From NCBI GenBank assembly GCA_963700535.1, contig CAVOXU010000001.1:118699-182698 (forward strand): a DNA stretch of 64,000 nt, in the 5' to 3' direction. The translations under genes were made by a program, and so were the position numbers. Under the pieces are notes generated by a model, which made no database searches, was not told the origin of the DNA, and was given only the letters and a program-made list of their open reading frames with translations. This document shows, piece by piece, positions 53,102-64,000 of the stretch (its first letter is position 1; each line of letters starts with the position of its first letter). Source of the DNA: Chrysiogenales bacterium. GTDB taxonomy: Bacteria > Acidobacteriota > Aminicenantia > UBA2199.

Positions 53102-54420
53102 GCGACACCTCCGTTTAAATTGATGCCAGTGATTTTTTCCAATTCGGCAATGGCGATATTATAGTTATACAGGGCCTGCAGGTAGTTGACCTTGGCCCGG
53201 GTCAGTTCATTGTAGGAAGAATTCAGTTCCAGGATGGTGATCATTCCCTCCTTGTAGCTCAGTTCGGCGATGCGCACGCCTTCCCTGGCGCTCTCCACGT
53301 TCTTCAGCCCCATCTGGATATTCTCATATTCCTGGCTGATGGTGCGGTAGCCGCTCTCGACCTGCAGGCGCGTGGCATCGCTAAGCTGCCGGACGTTCAG
53401 GTCCATGATCTTTTTCATCACCTGCATCTCGCCGATCTGGGCACTGCGCTTCAGGCCGGTGAATATCGGGAAGCTGATCCCCAGCGAGATATTGTAATAA
53501 TTATCCCAGTTGTTTTTGCTGAATTTAAAGTAGTCGGATTGGTAGTTGTAACTGGCCACCAGGGAGAAGTTCGGGATGTATTGCGCCCAGGTGATCTTCA
53601 GCAGGTTCTCCACCTTTTGCTTCTGCATCTGCAGTTGCCGCAGTTCCGAGCGCTTTTGCAGCGAGTTCTGCAGAAGGCTGGCCAATTCCAGCTGCATTTG
53701 GCGGTAGCCCAGCTCCCCCTGCAAACGGATTTCCTGCACGGGCGGCAAGCCCAGCATCAGCTTCAATCCCAGGATGGATGTTTCCAGCAGGTTCTCCACG
53801 CGCAGTACGTCGGGCTTGACGGCGCTGAAGGCCAATTCGGCGCGCAACAGGTCGTACTGAGAAGCCATGCCCAGGCCGAAGCTGTTCTGCACGTTATGGA
53901 AGTTGCCTTCGGCAAGGGCATAGGCCTCGCGGTGGGCCTGGAGCAGCTCCTGCAGGATCTGGATGTTGTAGAAGGCTTTGCGCACGCCGAGGACCGTGTC
54001 GGCCCGGGAGTTCTTTTCCTTCTCCTTGGCCAGGCGCAGGTCCAGTTCGGCGTTCTTGTAGTTGAAGTAGATTTTTCCGCCTGTAAACACGGGCTGAACG
54101 ATCTGGAAAGAGAAGGCGTAGTTCTTTTGGAAGCGCAGGGTGGCCTGGGTCGGCTCGGCGCCGGGATAGAATGGCGGGATCTCGATGGTCATCAGCTTTT
54201 CATCAAGTATCTTGGATCCCTGCAGGGTCACTTCCGGCAGGAAGCCGAAGTTCTGCATCAGGCGGTAACGATATTGCCTGACCTCCTGCTGGCTGACCTG
54301 CAGGGTCGGGTTGTTGACCAGCGCCAGCTGGATCGCCTGGTCCACGGTCAGGTCCATGGCGGGATCCTGGCAGAATCCCGCAACGGCCAGCAGCAGTAGT
54401 GCCAATAATGCTTTTTTCAT
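53098..54420 (-). CDS. TolC-family outer-membrane efflux protein
   Basis: 440 aa with a signal peptide and a duplicated OEP repeat architecture. Confidence 0.85.
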   Translation of the reverse strand: MKKALLALLLLAVAGFCQDPAMDLTVDQAIQLALVNNPTLQVSQQEVRQYRYRLMQNFGFLPEVTLQGSKILDEKLMTIEIPPFYPGAEPTQATLRFQKNYAFSFQIVQPVFTGGKIYFNYKNAELDLRLAKEKEKNSRADTVLGVRKAFYNIQILQELLQAHREAYALAEGNFHNVQNSFGLGMASQYDLLRAELAFSAVKPDVLRVENLLETSILGLKLMLGLPPVQEIRLQGELGYRQMQLELASLLQNSLQKRSELRQLQMQKQKVENLLKITWAQYIPNFSLVASYNYQSDYFKFSKNNWDNYYNISLGISFPIFTGLKRSAQIGEMQVMKKIMDLNVRQLSDATRLQVESGYRTISQEYENIQMGLKNVESAREGVRIAELSYKEGMITILELNSSYNELTRAKVNYLQALYNYNIAIAELEKITGINLNGGVA

Positions 54421-54429
54421 CGATGCCTC

Positions 54430-55023
54430 CTAGGCCAGAATGCCGTGTTTCAAAACTTTCATGATCAATTCTTTTTGTTTTTCATGGTCGATGCCGTCAC
54501 CCAAAACCGATTCCAAAAAAGCGCTTTCCAGCATGTTATTCATGATGGTGCCGAGCATTTCCTCATTGAAATCATCAAGAATGTCCTGGCGCACTATGTC
54601 TTTGATGAAATTGCCCAGGGCCATGACAATCTCGTGCCTGATACGCAATTGCAAGTGCAAATGTTCTTCGATGTTCTCATGGAGGATCATGTGGTGTTCG
54701 CGAATGATCATTCTTAAAAAATTACGTTTCTGCTGCACCATGGACAGCGAAAGGTCGATGATGTCTTCGATGGTCCGGTACTTGTCCGTGCTGTTGGCCA
54801 TGAGATCATTGGTCAGGGCCGCGATCTCTTTTTGAAAGCGCTGCCAGAGTCCTGTGAACAGCATGTATTTGCTGTCGAAATAGTTGTACAGGGTGGGCTT
54901 GGAAATTCCGCATTTCTTGGCGATCATGTCCATGGAAGTTTTTTTGTAGCCATTGATTGTAAAAATCTCTTCGAAATTTTGCAGTATGAAATCACGCATT
55001 GCGTCTTCTTTGGTTGCAATCAA
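54430..55023 (-). CDS. TetR/AcrR-family transcriptional regulator
   Basis: N-terminal HTH (YKKTSMDMIAKKCGISKPTLYNYF). TTG start at 55023 has GGAGG 6 nt upstream. First gene of the efflux operon. Confidence 0.88.
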   Translation of the reverse strand: MIATKEDAMRDFILQNFEEIFTINGYKKTSMDMIAKKCGISKPTLYNYFDSKYMLFTGLWQRFQKEIAALTNDLMANSTDKYRTIEDIIDLSLSMVQQKRNFLRMIIREHHMILHENIEEHLHLQLRIRHEIVMALGNFIKDIVRQDILDDFNEEMLGTIMNNMLESAFLESVLGDGIDHEKQKELIMKVLKHGILA

Positions 55024-55053
55024 AGCTTGCCTCCGGTAAATAAAATATACTCA

Positions 55054-55071
55054 AGGTAAATTATTTTACTT
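55054..55071. promoter_or_regulatory. imperfect inverted repeat AGGTAAA-TTAT-TTTACTT in the tetR leader (operator candidate)
   Basis: 7-bp arms with one mismatch, located between the candidate -10 and the tetR start. Confidence 0.35.
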
Positions 55072-55081
55072 TACGTAACTT

Positions 55082-55110
55082 ATTTTAACTCACAGTTTAT
55101 TTTTTGTCAA
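55082..55110 (-). promoter_or_regulatory. sigma70-like promoter candidate for tetR-RND operon (TTGACA-17-TAAAAT)
   Basis: On the minus strand the -35 is at 55110-55105 and the -10 at 55087-55082. Confidence 0.55.
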
Positions 55111-55123
55111 TACCCTTATAAAA

Positions 55124-55702
55124 TTAATTAATATATTTTTCCTGAACTTCCTGGTAGCGAAAACAATCAATAAGATGATCGTTGACCATTCCCGTGGCCT
55201 GCATATGGGCGTAGATAATGGTGGAACCAACGAATTTGAAGCCGCGTCGCACCAGGTCTTTGCTTAGAGAATCCGACAATTCAGTGCGGACCGGCAGTTG
55301 GGCCAGCGTTTTCCAGCGGTTCTGGATGGGGCGGTTGCCCACGAACGGCCAGATATAGTTGTCAAAACTGCCGAATTCCTCCCTTATTTTTATAAAAGCC
55401 CTGGCATTGCCCACGGAAGCCGCTATCTTGCTGCGGTTGCGGATCAATCCCGCATCGGCCAACAAGGCGGCGATCTTTTCAGGCCCGTAGAGCGCGACCT
55501 TGTCGAAATCGAAACCATCGTAGGCCCGGCGGTAGTTTTCCCTTTTTTTCAATACTAAAAACCAACTCAAACCGGCCTGGGCGCCCTCTAAAACCAGGAA
55601 CTCGAACCATTTGCGGTCATCTTGCACGGGCACTCCCCATTCACGATCGTGGTAATCTATATAAAGCGGATCAGACAAGCACCAGGGACAACGTTGCTTC
55701 AT
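55124..55702 (-). CDS. tag: DNA-3-methyladenine glycosylase I
   Basis: CPWCLSDPLYIDYHDREWGVP zinc-snap N-terminus is typical of Tag. 192 aa. Confidence 0.9.
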   Translation of the reverse strand: MKQRCPWCLSDPLYIDYHDREWGVPVQDDRKWFEFLVLEGAQAGLSWFLVLKKRENYRRAYDGFDFDKVALYGPEKIAALLADAGLIRNRSKIAASVGNARAFIKIREEFGSFDNYIWPFVGNRPIQNRWKTLAQLPVRTELSDSLSKDLVRRGFKFVGSTIIYAHMQATGMVNDHLIDCFRYQEVQEKYIN

Positions 55703-55787
55703 GGCTGTGCTCCTTCAGGTCGGGCCAGGGGCCGGCCCGAAACATAATAGAGGACCAGGGCCGGCAAAGTCAAGCTCGGGCGGCGTC

Positions 55788-55816
55788 TTGACAATTAGCC
55801 GGGGAAGGTTTACATT
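55788..55816 (+). promoter_or_regulatory. sigma70-like promoter candidate (TTGACA-17-TACATT) ending 6 nt before an ATG
   Basis: Hexamers at 55788-55793 and 55811-55816. The ATG at 55823 would lie at or near the transcription start. Confidence 0.5.
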
Positions 55817-57133
55817 TTGCTCATGGCCGTGACAGCAAATGAACTGGATCAGATCAAGGGCATACTGAATGGAAAAAAGCTGCACATTTCCCGCCAGAAG
55901 ATCGCTGCCAGTCTGGCCATGCTGGACGAATCACAGGAAATTTTCCCCCAACCTCAGCAAAAAGCGCTGCTGGTCCAGCTGCTGCACTTGTATGAAAATT
56001 CAAAAAAAAAGGTGGTCATCCAGTTGGAAGAGCTGGGAGAAAAAGAACTGCCGCTGACCGTAGTCATGGGCGTCCTGGCCGAAGACTGGACCGGAATGGC
56101 CAATTCGATCCTGGGCATTATCCATCAAAAACACGGCAACGTGCTTTTTATAAAGGGATTTACCCTGACAAGCCTGGAGCGCAAACTGGGTGTTGTCCTG
56201 CTCTCTTTCCTGATCCAGACAGCGGAGGATTACAGTCGTTTCCTGAAGGACAAGGGCAATCTCCTGGCCGCCCTCAAGGAAGCCTCGCAGGGCACTTTGG
56301 GCAAAACCCTGCTCCTGGAAGATGAAACCATCAAATTCGAGATTTACAACCAGACCATCAACACCATCAAAAGAATGTACCGCGGACCGGATATAGAAGA
56401 AATCATCGGTGAGAACGGCGAAACCCTGAAATTTTTCTCTTCACGTTCCCGGGAATACCTTCAGGAAAGAAAGCTCACCGACCTGGCCAGGCTGGTGATC
56501 GACAATTACAAGTTCCAGAAGCAGATACGCGACGGCCAGGCCGACAAGAAGATCAGGATCAGGAATTTCCAGACCCTGGACGAGCACCTTACCGGCATCA
56601 CATTCGGCTGCTGGGAAGAAAATTTTTCCGTGGAGAATTTCCTGAAAACCCTGGATTTCATTGTGCCGGGACACATCATCAAGCACCACAAGAGTTTTGT
56701 TTCCTCGGAAAAGATCCTGATCTACCGCATCGAGATAGTCGACGGCCATGACCAGCCGCTGAATCCCGATGCCATCAAATCGATTGAAAGCTCCCTTGAA
56801 AAACTGATCAGCACCTCGGTCGACGAAAAATTTTCACAGATCAAGTCCGTGGGCGGCTATGAGCATTACGCCCGGGCCATCATCCCCTTCCTGATGGAGG
56901 AATTAAAGGTCACCGGCATCAGCCAGGTATTCATGAGCGTGGAAAAGAAAAACGAGTTCATGATGCAGCTGAAGCTGATCCTGGTTTCCAGGCAAAGCAG
57001 GAAAAACAACCTGAACAAACTGATCCGCCTGCTGGAAAGCCGCAACGGCGTCGAGATCCTGTCGGTCATCCCTCCCCGCCTTTACCAGAAGCAACATCGA
57101 AATCAACATCATGAACCTGAAAATAGTTCTTAG
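55817..57133 (+). CDS. hypothetical protein with ACT-like repeats
   Basis: 438-aa ORF (TTG 55817 or ATG 55823). It has repeated ~80-aa segments with a beta-alpha-beta-beta-alpha-beta-like hydrophobic pattern. No catalytic motif recognised. Confidence 0.6.
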   Translation: MLMAVTANELDQIKGILNGKKLHISRQKIAASLAMLDESQEIFPQPQQKALLVQLLHLYENSKKKVVIQLEELGEKELPLTVVMGVLAEDWTGMANSILGIIHQKHGNVLFIKGFTLTSLERKLGVVLLSFLIQTAEDYSRFLKDKGNLLAALKEASQGTLGKTLLLEDETIKFEIYNQTINTIKRMYRGPDIEEIIGENGETLKFFSSRSREYLQERKLTDLARLVIDNYKFQKQIRDGQADKKIRIRNFQTLDEHLTGITFGCWEENFSVENFLKTLDFIVPGHIIKHHKSFVSSEKILIYRIEIVDGHDQPLNPDAIKSIESSLEKLISTSVDEKFSQIKSVGGYEHYARAIIPFLMEELKVTGISQVFMSVEKKNEFMMQLKLILVSRQSRKNNLNKLIRLLESRNGVEILSVIPPRLYQKQHRNQHHEPENSS

Positions 57134-57725
57134 CGAATTCATTTCCATTGCCGCCATCTTCCAGTTCATCAAGAACATTTTGAAAGGCCTGTACGGCCAG
57201 GTCCGTGATTTTGACGAAGGTCTGCGTGACAGCGACATGAGTTCCCTGATGGACCTGACCAGCGAAGTACGTTCCATCAATCCCCTGCTGATCAAGGAGA
57301 TCTACTACAATTTCGATGAGATCTACCGCCTGGAGACCCCGCCCAAGATCATGGCCGAGATCATGAAGCTGGTTTGCGAGACCATCAAGGCGGCCAAAAA
57401 GCAGGAAATGGACCGGGTGGTTGTCAAGTACAAGCACATCCGTCATGAGTTTAAAAATGAATTCATCAAGACCATTTTTGTCATTTCCTATGTCAAGGAA
57501 AAGAAAATTATCAGCAAATTCATCAACAACCTGCACGACATCGAAGTATATTTCACCCGCATCGAATGGGAGCAGCGTTTTTACCTGATCCTGATATTCA
57601 AGAAAGACAACCTGGCGCTTCCCGAAGACGAGATGAAAAAGATCAAAACCGAGGTGCTGGATAAATTCCTTAAAAACGCATTGATCATCGATGCCACCCA
57701 GCAGAGCGTCGATGAGGAGTGCTGA
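57111..57725 (+). CDS. hypothetical protein, probably the C-terminal continuation of the preceding ORF
   Basis: 204-aa ORF overlapping the previous one by 23 nt, with no SD. Upstream in its own frame it reads ...PAFTRSNIEINIMNLKIVLSEF, which resembles the repeat starts of the previous ORF. Confidence 0.5.
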   Translation: MNLKIVLSEFISIAAIFQFIKNILKGLYGQVRDFDEGLRDSDMSSLMDLTSEVRSINPLLIKEIYYNFDEIYRLETPPKIMAEIMKLVCETIKAAKKQEMDRVVVKYKHIRHEFKNEFIKTIFVISYVKEKKIISKFINNLHDIEVYFTRIEWEQRFYLILIFKKDNLALPEDEMKKIKTEVLDKFLKNALIIDATQQSVDEEC

Positions 57726-57738
57726 AACCGACCGCCGC

Positions 57739-59709
<1,971 letters not shown>

Positions 59710-59788
59710 ATTTACAGAAAATGCAGCGTGGACTTGCTTTTTTGTTTTCAACCCTTTACAATATGCGGGCTTTTTAAGCAGGTGGCAT

Positions 59789-60451
59789 ATGATGCAAAAA
59801 AATCCGGTAAAAAAGTTTGCCGTGGCCCTGTCGATTCTGACCGTCCTGGCCATCGGCTCGCTGCTGGCGCAAATGGTCGAATCCAACCACAATTACGAAC
59901 GCAGCCTGGCCCATATCCAATACCTGCGCTCTTATCTGGGCGACCTGCACGGGGAGCTGCTGCAGCTGAACCAGGAGCAGCTGGCCGACAGGAAGAAATA
60001 CGAGCGCCTCGACCTGCTGGAATACAAGGCCGCCAGCTTCCAGAAAAAATTCCCCGATTTCGCCAGGATCGTCGATGTCGCCTACCAGAGAAGCCCGGCC
60101 TACGGCTTCCATCCCAACCTGGTCCTCTCGGTCATCCAGGTGGAAAGCGCCTTCAACCCCACGGCCGTTTCCTCGGCCGGGGCCTACGGCCTGATGCAGG
60201 TGCGCTACGAGGTCTGGAAAGACGAGCTCAATATCGACAAAAACAAAATTTTCGATATCGATTACAACATCGAGCTGGGACTGAAAATACTGAAGCAGTA
60301 TCATGAAGTATCGGGCGGCAATCTCAGCCGCACCCTCTTTTTGTACAACAACGGCTACAAGTACAACAACACCGGCTATATCGCCAAGGTGAACGCCGCC
60401 ATCTACAACCAGGGGGCCGACAGCGCCCGGCCGGTCGGAGTGAGCCGCTGA
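59789..60451 (+). CDS. lytic transglycosylase (SLT domain) with signal anchor
   Basis: LVLSVIQVESAFNPTAVSSAGAYGLMQV catalytic region. AGGTGG SD. Confidence 0.85.
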   Translation: MMQKNPVKKFAVALSILTVLAIGSLLAQMVESNHNYERSLAHIQYLRSYLGDLHGELLQLNQEQLADRKKYERLDLLEYKAASFQKKFPDFARIVDVAYQRSPAYGFHPNLVLSVIQVESAFNPTAVSSAGAYGLMQVRYEVWKDELNIDKNKIFDIDYNIELGLKILKQYHEVSGGNLSRTLFLYNNGYKYNNTGYIAKVNAAIYNQGADSARPVGVSR

Positions 60452-60476
60452 TCCCCGGCCGGCTGCTCCCCGACCA

Positions 60477-61004
60477 CTACCTCCCCTTTTTATCGATCTT
60501 GAAGCGCTCGTACAATCCCTTGAAAAAATCCAGGTAGGCTTGGCTCTGGAAATCCGGGTAGGTCCAGGGCAGGAAGTTGATGCGGCTGTCCTTGAGCACG
60601 TACTCGATATGGGCATAGATGCCGTTGCTGAGGGGCACGCGGTGGTAATGGTTCTTGGCCGTGGCGATTATGACGTTGGCGTCGGACAGGTAGCCGGGAT
60701 CGATGTTCACAGTTCGCCTGCCATCGACAGCCAGTCGTTCTTCCACTTCGTTGCAGCGCATTTTTATTTCGGGAAGTTTTTCCGGTATCAGCAGATCCTT
60801 GAATGATACGAATTGCCTGAAAAGTGGTTGGCCCATTTCTGCCTGGTAGTAATCGGTCATGGTGAAGGGAATGACGGCGGAGCGGCCGTCCTGGGCCGGC
60901 AGGAATTCTGCGACCATTTCCAGCGCCGCCTCGGCGCTCCGCTCCCGGCTGAAGATCAGGCCGCAAAAATACTTGACCTTCTTAAAATCACTGCGTATCG
61001 ACAT
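60477..61004 (-). CDS. conserved hypothetical protein (possibly DUF4416 family)
   Basis: 175-aa intact ORF. The family assignment is from memory of the NIDPGYL...WTYPDF pattern and is unverified. Confidence 0.55.
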   Translation of the reverse strand: MSIRSDFKKVKYFCGLIFSRERSAEAALEMVAEFLPAQDGRSAVIPFTMTDYYQAEMGQPLFRQFVSFKDLLIPEKLPEIKMRCNEVEERLAVDGRRTVNIDPGYLSDANVIIATAKNHYHRVPLSNGIYAHIEYVLKDSRINFLPWTYPDFQSQAYLDFFKGLYERFKIDKKGR

Positions 61005-61046
61005 GTTGTCAGTCCTGAGGGTTTCTTTTTACTGCCCCGGGCCGGT

Positions 61047-63305
61047 TCAATCAAACCAGTTCAGAACGTAAAAACGGCCGTTGATGAAGGCGGCGACCTG
61101 GCGCTTGTCGGGTGAAACCTGGTGGATCGCTCCGGCCAGGGAAACCTGCAGGTTGGAAAATTCCTCGTCCTCATTGAATTTCAGCATTTCGCCGTTGTAG
61201 GTCGTAAAATACGATCCGTTCATGCTTGAACAGGCGAGGATGCCGTTCAAATCACGGCGTGAATTGATCTTATTTCGGTCATATGGTGAAAGGCGGATGA
61301 TCTCGAGCCTGGACTCACTGAAGTAAAAATGTTTGCTCCTTTCGATGAGCATGTAAACGGCATCGCGTTCGGGAGTCAGGCGTGCCGCCAGCACGCCGCT
61401 GCCCAGCTTTTTGTAAAGCAGCGTCCTGTAGTTGAAAAGGATCAGGCTCTTTTCCTTGTCTCTGGTGCCGACCAGTATCTCGTGCTTCTCCGGGTTGAAA
61501 TCATGGATATCGAGTTCGGCATAGTTTTTTTCACCCAGAAACATCGTCTCATTGAAGCTGCTTACTTTATTGAGGTTGCTGTCATAGGCCCAGGCCTGGA
61601 ATGCGTTTTTAAGGTCAGAAAAATGAATGAGGAAATGGTCGGGGGACGAGCCGAAATGAATTTTCATTTCCTGGGAAGAAGTGATGCTGATATTCTCCCC
61701 TTTATTGACCAGTTTCGCTATTTCCGGGTTATTCTGGCAGGCGTCGGCCACCATGAGATATTTCTGGAGCAGAGGCAGGGGAATGCGGCGCAGGTACTCC
61801 CGGTTCCTGATCTCGCCCCAGCGATCGTTGCTGTAAGTGTACGAATAGACCGGAAAAGGATATTTGGGATAAACGCTCATTTTCCTGCCGTAAGCCGAAA
61901 CCGTGGAAAACGGAGACAAAAATGCCAGGTCGGCCAAACTGCCGTCCGTGAAATAGGCCTCAGTGCCGCTGTCATTGAAAGCGGCAAGCACGGTGGGCAT
62001 TTTCAAGGCATAGCCGATGACCGGTTTCAGGATGTAACTGCTGGAACTGGGAATCAGGGTATAGAGGTAAACTTTTTCGTTCTCAACGGCCGTGGTCGAA
62101 AAAACGACCTTGTCCAGTCTGCGCGCAGGGAAAAATTGCTGGATCGTACCTTCATATTCAAAGGATTTTATTGTTTTCAGGGAATCGGCGTCCAACACCA
62201 GCAGTTTTTCCTTTTCACCGCTGTTCACGATGCCGGCTACCAGAATGCGCCTGTTGGCCAGCCATTGAATTTTCTTGACCGAGAAAATCGGCGAAAAATT
62301 ATAGGTGGGGTAATAGAAATCGGCGGGGAACTCCCTCAGCAGCCGCCGGGAATCCATGCCGCCAAGGATGGCGCGCTTGATCCAGTTCTGGACATTGGCG
62401 TTCTTCTTTTTCACATTGAACAAGCCCATAAGCTTGTTGACGCCGGCATCCCACTGGTTTTGTGAAAAGACCTCGTAGAGATATTTTGCAGCGCCGCGGT
62501 CGTTGAGCTTTTGCAGCACCTCGGCATAGGTCAGGCTGTACTCCGGGTTGTACACCGTGAACTTCAATTTTGACAGCAGCGCCTTGGCCTTGCGCAGTTC
62601 GCCGGCTTTTAACAGGTACTGTCCCTTCAGCAGTTGAGCTGGCTGCGCATCCGGCTTGAGGTTCAGGGCCCGATCGATAAAAGCATCCGCTTCCGGGCAA
62701 TCGTCAAGGAGCAGACAGGCCCTGGCGGCCATGAAAGCGAAATAGTAATTGCCTGGCGCCGCTTCGGCCTCAGGACGCATCAGGTCCAGCGCCTGCTGCG
62801 GCTGGGCGGTCTTTAAAAATAATTCCGCCAACAGGATCTTGAATTCCGGGATGGCGGCGTATTTCAGGCTCCGGTTGAAATTTTCTGCGGCGGCCGGAAA
62901 GTTGTCGCGCAGAAAATATTCATTGCCCAGGCATAGGTAGGCCGGCGCAAAGCCGGGATTCATGCGCAATATCTTGTTCAGGTTGTCAAGGGCCAAAGAG
63001 TTTTTCATGTCGGCGGTCGCCAGGCTGATGCCGGTAAGTGCTTCCAGTGAACGGTGGTTGCTTTCCAGGTAATCACTGAATTTTTTTGCGGCTTCCCATT
63101 TCTCGTTCTGAAACAACAGGACGAAGCCTGACTTGAGGGTCGGCTGCGGACGATAGGTGAAGAAGGCGTCCAGGTTTTTTTTTGCCAGGTCCAGGTCGCC
63201 GATCAGGTAATAAGCAATGGCCCGGGAAAAATCATCGTTTTTACTGGCAGGAGAAACGGTCGCGACCAGAAGCAATAAAATCAATAAAAAGCCCGCTTTT
63301 TTCAT
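61047..63305 (-). CDS. secreted TPR-repeat protein with large beta-rich C-terminal domain
   Basis: ATG at 63305 (MKKAGFLLILLLLVATVSPA, GAGGT SD). About 300 aa of TPR-like helices are followed by ~450 aa with a beta-strand-like periodicity. Confidence 0.65.
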   Translation of the reverse strand: MKKAGFLLILLLLVATVSPASKNDDFSRAIAYYLIGDLDLAKKNLDAFFTYRPQPTLKSGFVLLFQNEKWEAAKKFSDYLESNHRSLEALTGISLATADMKNSLALDNLNKILRMNPGFAPAYLCLGNEYFLRDNFPAAAENFNRSLKYAAIPEFKILLAELFLKTAQPQQALDLMRPEAEAAPGNYYFAFMAARACLLLDDCPEADAFIDRALNLKPDAQPAQLLKGQYLLKAGELRKAKALLSKLKFTVYNPEYSLTYAEVLQKLNDRGAAKYLYEVFSQNQWDAGVNKLMGLFNVKKKNANVQNWIKRAILGGMDSRRLLREFPADFYYPTYNFSPIFSVKKIQWLANRRILVAGIVNSGEKEKLLVLDADSLKTIKSFEYEGTIQQFFPARRLDKVVFSTTAVENEKVYLYTLIPSSSSYILKPVIGYALKMPTVLAAFNDSGTEAYFTDGSLADLAFLSPFSTVSAYGRKMSVYPKYPFPVYSYTYSNDRWGEIRNREYLRRIPLPLLQKYLMVADACQNNPEIAKLVNKGENISITSSQEMKIHFGSSPDHFLIHFSDLKNAFQAWAYDSNLNKVSSFNETMFLGEKNYAELDIHDFNPEKHEILVGTRDKEKSLILFNYRTLLYKKLGSGVLAARLTPERDAVYMLIERSKHFYFSESRLEIIRLSPYDRNKINSRRDLNGILACSSMNGSYFTTYNGEMLKFNEDEEFSNLQVSLAGAIHQVSPDKRQVAAFINGRFYVLNWFD

Positions 63306-63387
63306 TTTGTACCTCGGCAATGATTATAGCACACGCCGTTTTTTTTGTTAATGCAGTGCCGGAAAAAACGATTGCCCGGACAGGCAC

Positions 63388-63415
63388 TTGCAATCGGCAT
63401 GAATTTCAATATAAT
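63388..63415 (+). promoter_or_regulatory. sigma70-like promoter candidate (TTGCAA-16-TATAAT)
   Basis: Hexamers at 63388-63393 and 63410-63415, 18 nt upstream of the ATG at 63434. Confidence 0.5.
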
Positions 63416-63433
63416 CTAGGCCGGGGAGATGTC

Positions 63434-64000
63434 ATGAAAAGACCGGTTTGGCTTGCTATATGGCTGGCGGCAGCCGCTTTGTCAGCCCAGAATATTCCCC
63501 TGCGCCTGGGAATTTACGACAATCCGCCAATGACTTTTTTCCAGGACAAGGCCGCGGCCGGTTTTATCGTGGATGTGATCAGCGATTTTGCCTACGGCAA
63601 ACAGATCGATCTGAAATTTGTCCAGGCTCCCTTTCACGAGCTGTTCGAGAAGTTGAAGCGCGGCGAGATCGACATCATCGCCCCCATCGCCTTCAATGAG
63701 GAAAGAAGCAAGTTCCTGCGTTACAATTCCGAATCGATCCTGATGGATTGGTCAAACATCATCATGGGGGAAGCGGTCAATTTCAAACTCCTCAGCGATC
63801 TTGAAGGTGCTGAAGTCGGCATCGTGAAAAGCGATTATTACGCCAAATTGCTCGAAAAAGACCTGAAAAAGCAAAGCATCCAATGCCGCTTGCGCGCCTA
63901 CGATGATTTCATCCAGGTCGTTAATGCCGTGGCCACGAAAAAAATCGCGGCCGGTTTCATCGGCCGTTTCAGCCTTTCCTTTATTCTGAAAAACCATCGG
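63434..64000 (+). CDS. periplasmic solute-binding (family 3-like) domain protein, N-terminal 189 aa; continues beyond window
   Basis: Not in the ORF track because no stop is reached. ATG at 63434 follows GGGGAG. It has a signal peptide (MKRPVWLAIWLAAAALSAQ) and is open in frame to position 64000. Confidence 0.65.
   Translation, partial: MKRPVWLAIWLAAAALSAQNIPLRLGIYDNPPMTFFQDKAAAGFIVDVISDFAYGKQIDLKFVQAPFHELFEKLKRGEIDIIAPIAFNEERSKFLRYNSESILMDWSNIIMGEAVNFKLLSDLEGAEVGIVKSDYYAKLLEKDLKKQSIQCRLRAYDDFIQVVNAVATKKIAAGFIGRFSLSFILKNHR

Noticed and set aside
48650-55040. The tetR-RND efflux operon as a genomic island integrated at tRNA-Leu, bounded by a repeat of the tRNA 3' end (CCTCCGGCA at 48641-48649 against CCTCCGGTA at 55030-55038).
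   Set aside because: The match is only 8 of 9 nt, and the second copy is simply the complement of the tetR Shine-Dalgarno region. There is no integrase or other mobility gene, and the repeat is too short to be meaningful.

Overview
This 64-kb segment is chromosomal and almost entirely housekeeping. It comes from a bacterium with an outer membrane (Mla, TolC/RND and lipoprotein genes are present). The phylum cannot be assigned from the sequence alone. I count about 57 protein genes and 2 tRNAs, with no rRNA, CRISPR array, transposase, integrase or phage genes.

Gene order:
- Left part, mostly + strand: pyk, an RdhA/QueG-like Fe-S membrane protein, tkt, glk, a HAD-like protein, metF-metH, a DASS transporter, phoH-pgpH-ybeY-corC-era, a sensor kinase, a PpiD-like chaperone, an OPT transporter, an M24 peptidase, lipA, a metallophosphoesterase, a GAF-like unknown, slt, ddl-ruvX-mltG-pgeF.
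- Centre: parA-parB, sitting between two AT-rich non-coding spacers.
- A long co-linear minus-strand run: lolB-like, ispE, tRNA-Gln, prs, rplY, pth, rpsF, rpsR, rplI, dnaB, mlaE, mlaF, mlaD, radA, yacL-like, ispF, der.
- Right part: tRNA-Leu, a tetR-controlled RND efflux operon, tag, two unknown ORFs, uvrB, a second lytic transglycosylase, a possible DUF4416 protein, a secreted TPR protein and a partial solute-binding-domain protein.

I do not see a convincing new multi-gene system, and I say so plainly. The most striking property is roughly thirty reading-frame breaks inside otherwise well-conserved core genes. They are concentrated at 19.4-25.7 kb, and some sit on homopolymers, so they are most simply consensus indel errors.

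Secondary points worth a second look:
- perfect palindromes flanking parAB, with no canonical parS seen
- a dispersed (AGTGWT)n hexamer repeat family
- an AT-rich repeat-bearing spacer after tRNA-Leu
- the ispE frame reading through tRNA-Gln
- apparent non-canonical or broken starts for pth and der
- a few uncharacterised proteins

All coordinates of frame breaks and all GC statements are by-eye estimates.
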